The notes under the pieces are model-generated. The model saw only the letters and a program-made list of their open reading frames with translations. It made no database searches and was not told the DNA's origin. A stretch of 64,000 nucleotides of DNA, taken from NCBI GenBank assembly GCA_900542715.1, contig UQOQ01000002.1, positions 7,535 to 71,534 on the forward strand, read 5' to 3'. The stretch comes from an uncultured Collinsella sp. (GTDB lineage: Bacteria; Actinomycetota; Coriobacteriia; Coriobacteriales; Coriobacteriaceae). How positions within the stretch are numbered: the stretch's first letter is position 1; every line of letters begins with the position of its first letter. A program made the translations under genes and the position numbers. Positions 1 to 10,788 of this stretch are shown here, in pieces.

Positions 1-1805
1 GCCAACGACTCAACCGTATAGAGCCCGCCGCGACGCAGCGGCACGCCCGCTTCCGCGAGCGCCAACGTCATGCGCTGGGCAGCGGGAACACCCAAGCCGA
101 TTGATTTAAGCTCATCCGCATGCGCAAAAACCTGAGCGGGCGTGCCCTCAGCAAACACCGCGCCCTCGTTCATCACGACAATACGATCGCAGCAATTGGC
201 AAGGTCATCCATACTGTGTGAGACCATGACGACGGTCAGGCCCCCATGGTGAAGTCGATCGATGAGCTCCAGGAAATCACTGCGCGCCGCCGGATCGAGC
301 CCCGCCATGGGCTCATCGAGTACCAAGACCTCGGGCTCCATGGCAAGCACGCCGGCAAACGCCACGCGCCGCTGTTGGCCACCCGAAAGCTCAAAGGGAC
401 TCTTGTCGCCCACCGTGGCCAAGTCGAGGCCCACGCGCGCGAGCGATGACTCAACGCGGCGCGCGACCTCGGCCTGCGACAAGCCAAGGTTGTGCGGGCC
501 AAACGCCACGTCCTGCGTCACGGTTTCGGCAAACAGCTGACGCTCGGGATATTGAAACACCACGCCGACCTTGGCCTTAACCGCGGCGGCATCTTTCTTG
601 TTTGCCAGGTCGAGCCCCAACGCGTAAACGGAACCCTCCTGGGGGCGAATCAAACCGTTGAGATGCTGGACCAGCGTCGACTTACCCGAACCGGTATGAC
701 CTGCTAAGCCCAGGAACTCGCCGCGACGCACCGTCAGCGATACATCGCGCAGCGCCCACGGGCTGCTGGGGTCGTTTCCCCAGAGAGCCTGTTTGCTCGA
801 TTTGCCCGCAACGGCCGAGCGCTTATGCCAGCGGCGACGCTCGCGCGGACTGAGCGAATAACTGTACGAAACATGGGATAGCTCGATGACGGGCTCCGAC
901 GCGTTGCCCTCGTTGTCTACCGGAACAGTGCCGTCAGCGATTTCCAACTGGGACGCGGAAGGCCGCCCCGCAGTGCCTGCCCCGCTCCGCTCGGTATAGG
1001 CCTGCGCAACCTCGGCAACCATATCCGCCTCGCGCACCTGCGCGCAAACGGGTACGCCCTTCGCACGAAGTGCCATGCCCAAACGGCACGACTCCGGCAT
1101 GTCCAGGTTGAGCTGCGCAAGTTCGTCCGCCCGCGTCAAGATTTCCTCGGGCGTACCGAGCATGGCAACGCGCCCCGCCCGAAACACCGCGACACGATCG
1201 GCCTCGGCGGCCTCTTCCATAAAGTGCGTAATCATCACGATGGTCATGCCACGATCATGCAACGCGCGGCAAGCCTTCATGAGGCCCTTGCGTCCACGCG
1301 GATCGAGCATCGAGGAAGCCTCATCCAAGATGAGCACGCGCGGTTCCATGGCAAGCACGCCAGCAAGCGCCACGCGTTGCTTTTGGCCACCCGAGAGCGC
1401 ATGGGTCTCGTGGCGCTCAAAGCCCACCAGGCCCACGCCCTTCAGCGCCTCGCGTACGCGCTGCGCAATTTGCGCCGATGGAACGCCAAGGTTTTCGGGA
1501 CCGAACGCAACGTCATCTTCGACAAGCGTTGCCACCAGCTGGTCGTCGGGATTCTGGAACACCATGCCTGCGGTCGAACGAATGTCGTAGACCAGCTCGG
1601 GATCGGACGCATCCATACCGTTGATACGTACCGTGCCCGCATCGGGCTGCAGCAGCGCATTCAAATGCTTGGCGAACGTCGACTTGCCCGACCCGTTTCC
1701 GCCGAGGATGCAGAAAAACTCGCCATCCTCGATGTTCAGATCGATGCCGTCGAGTGCCGGTGTGGCACCGTCATAGCTAAAGGAAACGCCCCGACACTCA
1801 ATCAT
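1..1805 (-). CDS. ECF transporter ATPase with two fused ABC domains (EcfA-EcfA'), running off the window edge
   Basis: Hand translation from ATG 1805: MIECRGVSFSYDG...GGNGSGKST. A second in-frame Walker A (GHTGSGKST) lies near 675-701, with LSGGQ signatures near 1385 and 375. The start overlaps the ribU stop (ATGA). Absent from the ORF track, apparently because no stop falls inside the window. Confidence 0.9.
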   Translation of the reverse strand, partial: MIECRGVSFSYDGATPALDGIDLNIEDGEFFCILGGNGSGKSTFAKHLNALLQPDAGTVRINGMDASDPELVYDIRSTAGMVFQNPDDQLVATLVEDDVAFGPENLGVPSAQIAQRVREALKGVGLVGFERHETHALSGGQKQRVALAGVLAMEPRVLILDEASSMLDPRGRKGLMKACRALHDRGMTIVMITHFMEEAAEADRVAVFRAGRVAMLGTPEEILTRADELAQLNLDMPESCRLGMALRAKGVPVCAQVREADMVAEVAQAYTERSGAGTAGRPSASQLEIADGTVPVDNEGNASEPVIELSHVSYSYSLSPRERRRWHKRSAVAGKSSKQALWGNDPSSPWALRDVSLTVRRGEFLGLAGHTGSGKSTLVQHLNGLIRPQEGSVYALGLDLANKKDAAAVKAKVGVVFQYPERQLFAETVTQDVAFGPHNLGLSQAEVARRVESSLARVGLDLATVGDKSPFELSGGQQRRVAFAGVLAMEPEVLVLDEPMAGLDPAARSDFLELIDRLHHGGLTVVMVSHSMDDLANCCDRIVVMNEGAVFAEGTPAQVFAHADELKSIGLGVPAAQRMTLALAEAGVPLRRGGLYTVESL

Positions 1806-2392
1806 GCGCGGCCTTTGACCTGGTCCTTCTTGGGCGTAATGAGATTAGAGACCGCCTTGTACACCGCCAGCGTCAACACCGAGTTGAGCACGGTCTTGAT
1901 GAGGTTGAACGGCAGCACGGCAGGAATCATGAGCGGGGCGATCACATCGACCGAGCCATACCAGAACCAAACACCAATGGTAAGGTTTGCGACCATAGAC
2001 AACGCCGTAGCGGCAATGACGCCGAGCGCTAGGCCAATCACGGCACCCTTATAGGTATGCATCTTCTGGTAGACGATAGCCGCGGGCAGAATGTAGCCCA
2101 GCGTAGCCACCAGGTTCATAAGTGCGCCGACCCAATCGCCCGTGGTAAGCGCATGGATAACAATCGCCATAGCGGCAACAGCAGTGCCGGCGCCAGGGCC
2201 ATACGCAAATCCACACACCATCGCCGGCACCAGCGACGGGTCATACGTCAAAAACGGCGCCGAAGGAAGGATGGGCAGCTGCACATACATAAACAGGGCG
2301 CCCAAGGCGCACATCAGCGCCATGGTAACGAGCTGTTTGGTGCTCCACCTATTCGTGTTCTCAAAATGGATATGCTGCGACTGTTCAGACAT
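1802..2392 (-). CDS. ribU: ECF S-component, riboflavin transporter (RibU family)
   Basis: Hydrophobic ~196 aa with RibU-like motifs (PFLTYDPSLVP, PFNLIK), directly downstream of an FMN riboswitch. Start placed at MSEQ (2392). Confidence 0.85.
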   Translation of the reverse strand: MSEQSQHIHFENTNRWSTKQLVTMALMCALGALFMYVQLPILPSAPFLTYDPSLVPAMVCGFAYGPGAGTAVAAMAIVIHALTTGDWVGALMNLVATLGYILPAAIVYQKMHTYKGAVIGLALGVIAATALSMVANLTIGVWFWYGSVDVIAPLMIPAVLPFNLIKTVLNSVLTLAVYKAVSNLITPKKDQVKGRA

Positions 2393-2400
2393 AAGATCAC

Positions 2401-2588
2401 CTGCCTCTTTCATCCGGACTCTAACCGTTGGTACTGGAATCTCACCAGTTCAGCCGGCATGCGAACCAACACACGCTCGGGTCGCGGACTCATCGGCTCG
2501 GTCGCAGACGCCTCGCCTGCTCCGCGGCACCCCTTTGGCACCGCCCGATTTACCGCCAGTGGGGAATTCCACCCCGCCCTGAAACAGC
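2401..2588 (-). ncRNA. FMN (RFN) riboswitch
   Basis: Minus strand reads TTCAGGGCGGGGTGGAATTCCCCACTGGCGGTAA...AGTCCGCGA...CTGGTGAGATTCCAGTACCAACGGTTAGAGTCCGGATGAAAGAGG, the RFN consensus blocks. P1 (CTGTTTC/GAGGCAG) covers the ribU ribosome-binding region. Confidence 0.95.
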
Positions 2589-2595
2589 ACTTGCA

Positions 2596-2623
2596 AGTGT
2601 AGCACGAGCAATCGTTCGCGCAA
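2596..2623 (-). promoter_or_regulatory. Putative sigma-70 promoter for the riboswitch-ribU operon
   Basis: TTGCGC-N16-TACACT with an extended -10 TG, a few bases upstream of the aptamer 5' end. Confidence 0.55.
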
Positions 2624-2790
2624 GTATGCCGAGGGTAATTTGTGGTGGGGATCAGTTGCCACAACAACCACGTTCCCCACCCATCCCAAAGTAGCGCGCC
2701 TTTCGCGGCAAAGCCGCGAAACAGCGACCGGGACACGTATTCCCAACAACCAAGTCCTCCGCCCACGCCGACCTCAAGGCCGTAAACGCA

Positions 2791-2935
2791 GGGAATCCGG
2801 GGGCGTGACGGGGGCTTCTCTCCGGAACATTCCGCAGGACGCAAAGAGGCTCCGCAGCGCGAAGCGCGATGCGGAGCCTCTTTGCATGTCCGAGGACGTT
2901 CCGGAGAGAAGCCCCCGTCACGCCCCCGGATTCCC
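2791..2935. repeat. Long nested palindrome downstream of groEL
   Basis: Perfect 38-bp arms (2791-2828/2898-2935), inner perfect 16-bp stem (2841-2856/2870-2885), apex GCGC-GAA-GCGC. Confidence 0.9.
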
Positions 2936-2961
2936 GGTGGGAGTTCTAGACCTTGTCGGCC

Positions 2962-4677
<1,716 letters not shown>

Positions 4678-4695
4678 TCAGAGATTCTGACGAGA

Positions 4696-4989
4696 CTAGG
4701 CCTCGACGACGGCGTAGATGTCGTCGGCGCGCATCAGCAGATACTTCTCGCCGTCGACCTTGACCTCGTTGCCACCGAACTTACCGTAGATGACAACGTC
4801 GCCAACCTTGACGTCCATGGGGATGCGCTCACCCTTGTCGTTGACCTTGCCGGCGCCAACGGCAACGATGGTGCCACGCTGCGGTTTCTCCTGAGCGTTG
4901 CTGGCGATATACAGACCAGAAGCGGTCTTCTGCTCGGCCTCGTCGGGCTTGACCAGAACACGATCTGCAAGCGGCTTCAAAGACGACAT
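4696..4989 (-). CDS. groS: Co-chaperonin GroES
   Basis: 97 aa, LKPLADRVLV...EKPQRG; upstream of groL. Confidence 0.99.
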   Translation of the reverse strand: MSSLKPLADRVLVKPDEAEQKTASGLYIASNAQEKPQRGTIVAVGAGKVNDKGERIPMDVKVGDVVIYGKFGGNEVKVDGEKYLLMRADDIYAVVEA

Positions 4990-5061
4990 GCTTGTTTCCT
5001 CCTTTTTGGGCCGCGCGGTTATGCCGCGCGAATTAACCCTTTTTGTTTGCGTACGCGTTGA

Positions 5062-5090
5062 ATGGTACCCACGAATGGCGGGTTATACAA
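5062..5090 (-). promoter_or_regulatory. Putative groESL promoter
   Basis: TTGTAT-N17-TACCAT on the minus strand, about 70 bp upstream of groS. Confidence 0.5.
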
Positions 5091-5126
5091 CACGGAGTCA
5101 AAAAATCTTATTTTTTGGCACTTAGA

Positions 5127-5337
5127 TTTTCTGAATGCCGGGGGATAACTTAGCGATGCCTCCCGTGTGGCTCCGGAGGGGCGGGGCATAAGGTTTCCTG
5201 CTCGGGCAGTCCTGCTCGCACGAAGGCCACATTAAGTGGCCTTCGGCTCGTGCGGAACTCGCGATAAACCTTATGCCCCGCCCCTCCGGAGCCACACGGG
5301 AGGCAGGTTAACTAATTCGGGCCCGGCATTCAGAAAA
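5127..5337. repeat. Long nested palindrome upstream of groES
   Basis: Perfect 40-bp arms (5157-5196/5266-5305), outer arms TTTTCTGAATGCCGGG/CCCGGCATTCAGAAAA, apical 10-bp stem at 5221-5245. Confidence 0.9.
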
Positions 5338-5912
5338 GTCAGTGCAGCAAAATGGCGATGCGGATAGCGACATGTGCATGGTTTTCGCTGCGCGCACGGG
5401 TCCCCTGGGGAGCACCGTGCATTTTTGGGAGTATTCAGCAGACTAGGACGGCTGCATACGTGCCGGACACACCATATTGGTCCCAAGGACGCCTTCGGCC
5501 GGCGATTTTGGTCGGCAGGCAAACCCCGTCAGGACAGAAAGGCATGCCTCACGCCGCACCGGAGCACAAAATGACGTCAATCTCTGCAACGTTACTCAGC
5601 CGCAGCGGCACAGGCAGAGCTCGCGGTGCTGAATACTCCGTTTTTTGCACGGCGCGGACGGGGGTACATCAGGATCCGGAAGAACATCCCAGCCTTTTTA
5701 TGCAATTCGTAATGGAAAGTATGCAAAACACCTAGAGATAGCATTGCTGCTGTCCAAATTGGGCGCGGGGCGGCGGCGCCTCCGCCCCGCGCCCAAATCA
5801 AGCAGGGCGGGGACGCTCCTAACGAACCCTCCCCCATTTGCAAACAAACGCGGCTCGAGCGCCATCCCAAAAAAAGTTGCCCGAGCCGCGTTAAACGGTA
5901 AGACATGAATAC

Positions 5913-7556
5913 TTAGCGCTCGTAGATCAGGTTGCCGGATAGGTAGGTGGCTTGGACTTTGGTGGCTTGCAGCTCTTGGGGGTCGATGGTGAGCGGGTTT
6001 TGGTCCAGGACTACCAGGTCGGCGTATTTGCCGGGCTCTAGGCTGCCGAGGTTTTGCTCGTCGCCCGCTGCGTACGCGCTGCCAAGCGTGTAGCTGCGCA
6101 GGGCCGTTGCCGCGTCGATACGCTCGCTCGGCAGCCAGCCGCCCTCGGGCCAGTGGCTGCGGGGATCTTGGCGTGTGATAGCCGTGTAGAGCACGTTCAT
6201 GCTGGTAACGGCCGTGATGGGGCTGTCGGTACCGAAAGCTTGACGGATACCGCGCTGCTGATAAGTTGCGAACGGCCACATGATGCGGCTGCGTTCCAGG
6301 CCCAGGTCGCGCTCCGGGCCACCCGGGTCGAGCGTGATGTGGCAAGGCTGGCTCGAGGCAATGACGTTGAGCTTGCGCAGACGATCGATGTCCTGAGGCA
6401 GCAGATTCTCCAGGTGCTCAAGCGTATTGTGGCCGTGCTGGGGCAAGCCGTAGAGCTCTGCCGCCTCCTCAAAGATATCGAGTGCGGCATGGATGGCACC
6501 GTCGCCGATAACGTGGATGCGCACGGTATGGTCACGCTCGGCTGCCGCCAAAACCAACTTGCGCATACGCTCGACAGGGACCGTCAGGCGGCCCTGGTCG
6601 CCCGGGAAGCGCGGGTTGGTATAGGGCTCAGTGAGGTATGCGGTATGCTCGCTCGACACGCCGTCGAAGAACTGTTTAAAGCCTGGTGCCGAGAGCAGCG
6701 CGTTGTTCGCGTAGCGGGTCTGGAGTTCTTCCAAGCGCGACTGGTCATCCAGCAGCGTGGGAAACAGATGGGCGCGGATGCCCAGCTTGCCGGAGGCCTG
6801 CAGCTTGTCGTAAACATCGTCGCGAATAAAGTCGCAGCCCGGCATGGGCATGAGCGACATATCGCAGATTGAGGTGATGCCTTGCTCGGCCATACGCTTC
6901 ATCTGGTCGGCGTAAGCGCTCGCGATGCGGTCCTCGCCCAGCCACTCCAGGCAGCGCGGCAGCAGCTGCATAGCAGCCGCCTCGTGGGCGATACCCGTAA
7001 GCTCGCCATTTGCATCTTTGTCGTAGCTGCCGCCCGCTGGCGGCTCGCTGTCGCGTGTGACGCCGAGCGCCTCGAGTGCGCGGCTGTTGAGCCAAAGCGT
7101 ATGCCCGTCGCCCGAATACATAACGCAGGGACGATCGGGGAATGCCGCATCGAGCGACGCCTTGGTAGGATGCTCGGGCGGGTCCCAACGGTAGTCGCGC
7201 CAGCCCTGCGTCACAACCCAAGCGTCATCGGGCAGGTCCTTGGAAAACTCGAGCGCGTGCTGCACCAGCGCAGTCTCGGACGTGCCCATATCCATGAGCA
7301 TGTACGGCGAGGAGCCGACCGAGGTATGGAAGAAGTGCAGATGAGCGTCATGGAAACCTGGGCAGACAAACTGCTCGCCGTAGTCGATAACCGGCGTGGC
7401 GGCGGGAGCGGCGGCGATCACGTCATCGGGCTTGCCGACTGCGACGATACGGTCGCCTGCGATGGCAATCGCCAGCTCGCGGGCAGTATCGATGCCGTCT
7501 TGCGCGGTAAAGACGTTCTTGGAGCGGATAATCCGATCGATATGTTGCATGGGCAT
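5913..7556 (-). CDS. Metal-dependent amidohydrolase (YtcJ-like, amidohydrolase 3)
   Basis: PGFHDAHLH, HVIGD, FGTDSP and GSLEPGKYADLVVLD motifs. True start is at MPMQHIDRII (7556 or 7550); the longer track ORF extends antisense to the next gene. Confidence 0.9.
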   Translation of the reverse strand: MPMQHIDRIIRSKNVFTAQDGIDTARELAIAIAGDRIVAVGKPDDVIAAAPAATPVIDYGEQFVCPGFHDAHLHFFHTSVGSSPYMLMDMGTSETALVQHALEFSKDLPDDAWVVTQGWRDYRWDPPEHPTKASLDAAFPDRPCVMYSGDGHTLWLNSRALEALGVTRDSEPPAGGSYDKDANGELTGIAHEAAAMQLLPRCLEWLGEDRIASAYADQMKRMAEQGITSICDMSLMPMPGCDFIRDDVYDKLQASGKLGIRAHLFPTLLDDQSRLEELQTRYANNALLSAPGFKQFFDGVSSEHTAYLTEPYTNPRFPGDQGRLTVPVERMRKLVLAAAERDHTVRIHVIGDGAIHAALDIFEEAAELYGLPQHGHNTLEHLENLLPQDIDRLRKLNVIASSQPCHITLDPGGPERDLGLERSRIMWPFATYQQRGIRQAFGTDSPITAVTSMNVLYTAITRQDPRSHWPEGGWLPSERIDAATALRSYTLGSAYAAGDEQNLGSLEPGKYADLVVLDQNPLTIDPQELQATKVQATYLSGNLIYER

Positions 7557-7718
7557 CCCCATCTCTGGCAGGAAATTCAACACCCCCGAGTGTACTCCCC
7601 CGCCCTTGCAACAAAACCCCAAGCGGCAAACGGCAACTTTACCAGCCCTAGCGGCAGGTGGCATACTGGAGAGAGCCTGTACGATTTTGCGATCAACCCA
7701 GCAAGGAGCAAATCGACC

Positions 7719-9182
7719 ATGACGAAGACCAAGGCACAGCAGATTATGGCGGCGACCGAGGCTCGCGCGGCTGACGACGTCACCGCAGCCATCAAAGATA
7801 TCGCTACCGAGTTTGAACCCTATATCATCAAGCAGCGCCGCCACTTCCATAAGCACCCGGAGCTGAGCCTTGCCGAGGAGCGCACGACTTCTGACATCGC
7901 CAACCAGCTCGACGCCATGAATATCCCCTACGAGCGTCCCCTTAAGACGGGCCTTGTGGCAACCCTTCGCGGCACCGCGCCCGACTCCTATCGCGAGGAC
8001 GGCACGCCACGCCGCCGCATCCTGCTGCGCGCCGACATCGACGCCCTGCCCGTCACCGAGCAGACCGGCGAGGAGTTTGCCAGCGTCAACGAGGGCTGCA
8101 TGCACGCCTGCGGCCACGACTGCCACATCGCCATGATGCTCGGCACGCTGCAAATCCTGCGCCATATGACCGACGACATCCACGGCGAAGTCCGCATCGT
8201 CTTCCAGCCCAGCGAGGAAAACGGCCAGGGCGCCAAGCTCATGATCGGCACGGGCGTGCTCGACGGCGTCGATGGCGCCTACGCCGCGCACATCTGGAGT
8301 GAGGTCGACGCCGGCACCGTGAGCTGCGAGCCCGGACCGCGCATGGCCAATACCGACTGGTTCCGCATCGACGTCCGCGGCACCTCGTGCCACGGCGCCA
8401 TGCCCCAGCGCGGTCACGACGCCGTTATGGTTGCCGCCGAGATCGTCAACGCTCTGCAGACCATCGTTTCGCGCGAGATCAGCCCCTACGAGCCGGCTGT
8501 CATCACCGTCGGCGAGCTGCACGGCGGCACCGCGCGCAACGTTATCGCCGGCACGGCCTACCTCGCCGGCACAGTGCGCACCTACGGAGATTCGACCCAC
8601 GAGGAAATGCCGGAGCTCATGCGCCGCATCGTGGAGCATACCGCGGCCGCCTTGGGCGCCGAGGCAGAGCTCACCGACTACACCATCGCCAACTACAAGG
8701 TCGAAAACGACGCCGCCTCGAGCGAGCGCTGCCGTCAGGCCGTAATCAAGTGCTTGGGCCCCACCGGTCAAGGCCATTACCGTGGCACGCTTTCGGGCGA
8801 GGATTTTTCGGAGTACCTGCGCCGCGTACCGGGCGTGCTCGCCTTTGTAGGTACGCGCAACCCCAAGATTGGCGCCACGTACGCCCAACATTCCTGCTTC
8901 TACAAGATCGACGAGACTGTGCTGGCAAAGGGCTCCATGGTGGCCGCCCAGTATGCCATCGACTTTTTGGCCGAGCCCACCCAAGAGGAGCTCGACGGCC
9001 CCGCGATCACCGCGGTCGCCGAAACCAACCCCGACTTGGCCGCCAAGTTGCGCTCTGCCAAGGCCACGTCCGCCGAGGCTCGCGATGCTATCCATGATGC
9101 CCGCACGGCGCGCCATGCCGCCATCAAGGGCATCCATGATGCACGTGCCGCCGCTCGCCGCGAGGAGAAGCACGACGAGTAG
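7719..9182 (+). CDS. M20D-family metallo-amidohydrolase
   Basis: RRHFHKHPELS, LRADIDALP, MHACGHD, FQPSEE and GEDF motifs; RBS AAGGAG before ATG 7719. Confidence 0.92.
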   Translation: MTKTKAQQIMAATEARAADDVTAAIKDIATEFEPYIIKQRRHFHKHPELSLAEERTTSDIANQLDAMNIPYERPLKTGLVATLRGTAPDSYREDGTPRRRILLRADIDALPVTEQTGEEFASVNEGCMHACGHDCHIAMMLGTLQILRHMTDDIHGEVRIVFQPSEENGQGAKLMIGTGVLDGVDGAYAAHIWSEVDAGTVSCEPGPRMANTDWFRIDVRGTSCHGAMPQRGHDAVMVAAEIVNALQTIVSREISPYEPAVITVGELHGGTARNVIAGTAYLAGTVRTYGDSTHEEMPELMRRIVEHTAAALGAEAELTDYTIANYKVENDAASSERCRQAVIKCLGPTGQGHYRGTLSGEDFSEYLRRVPGVLAFVGTRNPKIGATYAQHSCFYKIDETVLAKGSMVAAQYAIDFLAEPTQEELDGPAITAVAETNPDLAAKLRSAKATSAEARDAIHDARTARHAAIKGIHDARAAARREEKHDE

Positions 9183-9225
9183 TCGATCCACGACCATCTC
9201 GCAGTCATAGCCGCATCGCGATATC

Positions 9226-9265
9226 AAAGCGGGGGCGGACGCTTCGGCACGTCCGCCCCCGCTTA
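9226..9265. terminator. Intrinsic terminator hairpin between convergent genes
   Basis: AAGCGGGGGCGGACG...CGTCCGCCCCCGCTT. Confidence 0.7.
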
Positions 9266-9322
9266 TTTGTCAAGCGCTATTTCTACCGTTTCTACCCCGT
9301 CCCCAAATGGCAGGTGGCAGGG

Positions 9323-10639
9323 TTACTCGTCCTGCGGGTCCTCGTCGGAGCTTGGCGCGGGGTCGGGCTCAGGCGCAGGCTCGGGCTCCGGTTCCGACAT
9401 GGGCGCGGGGTCGGGCTCAGGCACGGGCGCGGGCTCAGGCTCAGGCTCAGGCACGGGCACGGGCTCGGGCGCGGGCTCGGGCTCGGGCTCGGGCGCAGGC
9501 GCCGCAGCGGAATCGGATACGGGCGCTGCGTCGATGCTAAAACCAGCCGGAGCAGACTTCTTCTCAAACGGCAGCACAAAGGTCAGGACGTCATCCTTAT
9601 CCTCATCAGCCCATTCAGCTGCATAACGCGCTACCCAATAGCCAACGGCACGATGCTTGAGCATCTTGCCAAAGACCGTAAGGAATACCGTGACAAACGC
9701 TGTCAGCACCAAGAACAATACGAGCGTGATGCCACCGCCGGTAACAAGCGCCTCAATAGCCGAAGGACGGTAGTAGTAGCTATACATACCGACAGAGGCA
9801 ATGGTGCCAAAGACGAACGTCAGGATCCATGTGACAACGTTGGCGACCAGACCCGTCAAAAACTCGGGAAGGAACGAAGCGCAGAACAGCTTGGTCTTGT
9901 TGTGCTTAAACGCCGCCCAGACCTTGTCGAGCGAAAACGCGCTCTCGACACGACCGGTCACCGCAAAGTGCATCACGGCAATGTCGGCGAACATCTTAAA
10001 GAAGACCCCCAAGACCGCCGTGGCAATCATAGCCAGGACAAGCAGGCCAAGCGAGCCAAACAGCGCTGCCTCGAGTGCATAGGAGCCGTAATACGAATAC
10101 GAGCCCGCGGCGCCAATTACCACGCTCTCCACCAGCGAAAGCACTACACCGATAACGGGAATGGCAGCGATAACCTCGAGCACGACCGAGATAACGCTCG
10201 AAAAGACTCCGAGGCCAAACGACGTGGAACGCATGAGTGGACGATCCATACCGCCATCAACCTTGAGCGACAGATCGCGACCCCACTCAATACCAAAGCC
10301 GGAACCACACACGCTCGCAATGCAAGCTGCCAAAAAGCCGATGGCAGCTGCAATGCCGCCAATAACGGGAATAAACAGCACGAGTACCGACACAACACAA
10401 ATCAGCGCCGGTAAAAAGGCAATCTGGCACACGCGCTGCAGCACGCCCGGAGTCTTGGTCATATCCTCAAACGCCTGAGCCACACAGCCCTTGGACGCAT
10501 TCGCCACGGGCGGTTGCGGAACAAACTGCTGGGGCTGACCCTGAGGGGCAGAGGCTGCGGCACCGGCATTGGGGGCACCACACGTGCCGCAGAACTTGTC
10601 GTTATCGCCCATGGGGGCGCCACACTGCGAGCAGAACAT
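9323..10639 (-). CDS. Zinc-ribbon plus DUF4013-like multi-pass membrane protein with a Pro/Glu-repeat tail
   Basis: Starts MFCSQCG...FCGTCG, followed by several hydrophobic helices and a C-terminal (PE)n tract. Confidence 0.75.
   Translation of the reverse strand: MFCSQCGAPMGDNDKFCGTCGAPNAGAAASAPQGQPQQFVPQPPVANASKGCVAQAFEDMTKTPGVLQRVCQIAFLPALICVVSVLVLFIPVIGGIAAAIGFLAACIASVCGSGFGIEWGRDLSLKVDGGMDRPLMRSTSFGLGVFSSVISVVLEVIAAIPVIGVVLSLVESVVIGAAGSYSYYGSYALEAALFGSLGLLVLAMIATAVLGVFFKMFADIAVMHFAVTGRVESAFSLDKVWAAFKHNKTKLFCASFLPEFLTGLVANVVTWILTFVFGTIASVGMYSYYYRPSAIEALVTGGGITLVLFLVLTAFVTVFLTVFGKMLKHRAVGYWVARYAAEWADEDKDDVLTFVLPFEKKSAPAGFSIDAAPVSDSAAAPAPEPEPEPAPEPVPVPEPEPEPAPVPEPDPAPMSEPEPEPAPEPDPAPSSDEDPQDE
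9352..9500. repeat. Coding hexamer tandem repeat (GGCTCG/GGCTCA) encoding PEPEP
   Basis: Visible run of ggctcg/ggctca/ggcgcg units. Confidence 0.85.
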
Positions 10640-10788
10640 AGAATCATCCCTTCGTATCTTGAACGAATCACTTGGATCGCAAACGATGTCTTTGGCATCA
10701 TTATCACCCAATGTGGGGACAAATACTCCAACATGACGCATTTGCAATGCGCAGGGCGCTATTCGATTGTTTGATGAGCTCGACCGCG

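Noticed and set aside
5115..5141. Canonical CIRCE operator as a firm feature
   Set aside because: Six of 18 positions differ from consensus and the site is part of a larger palindrome arm; noted only as a hypothesis.
7557..9227. 1104-aa ORF 5913..9227 as one giant protein, and the 766-aa ORF 6882..9182
   Set aside because: The extensions are antisense shadows of the two divergent amidohydrolases; family motifs begin only at about 7556 (-) and 7719 (+), each with its own plausible RBS.
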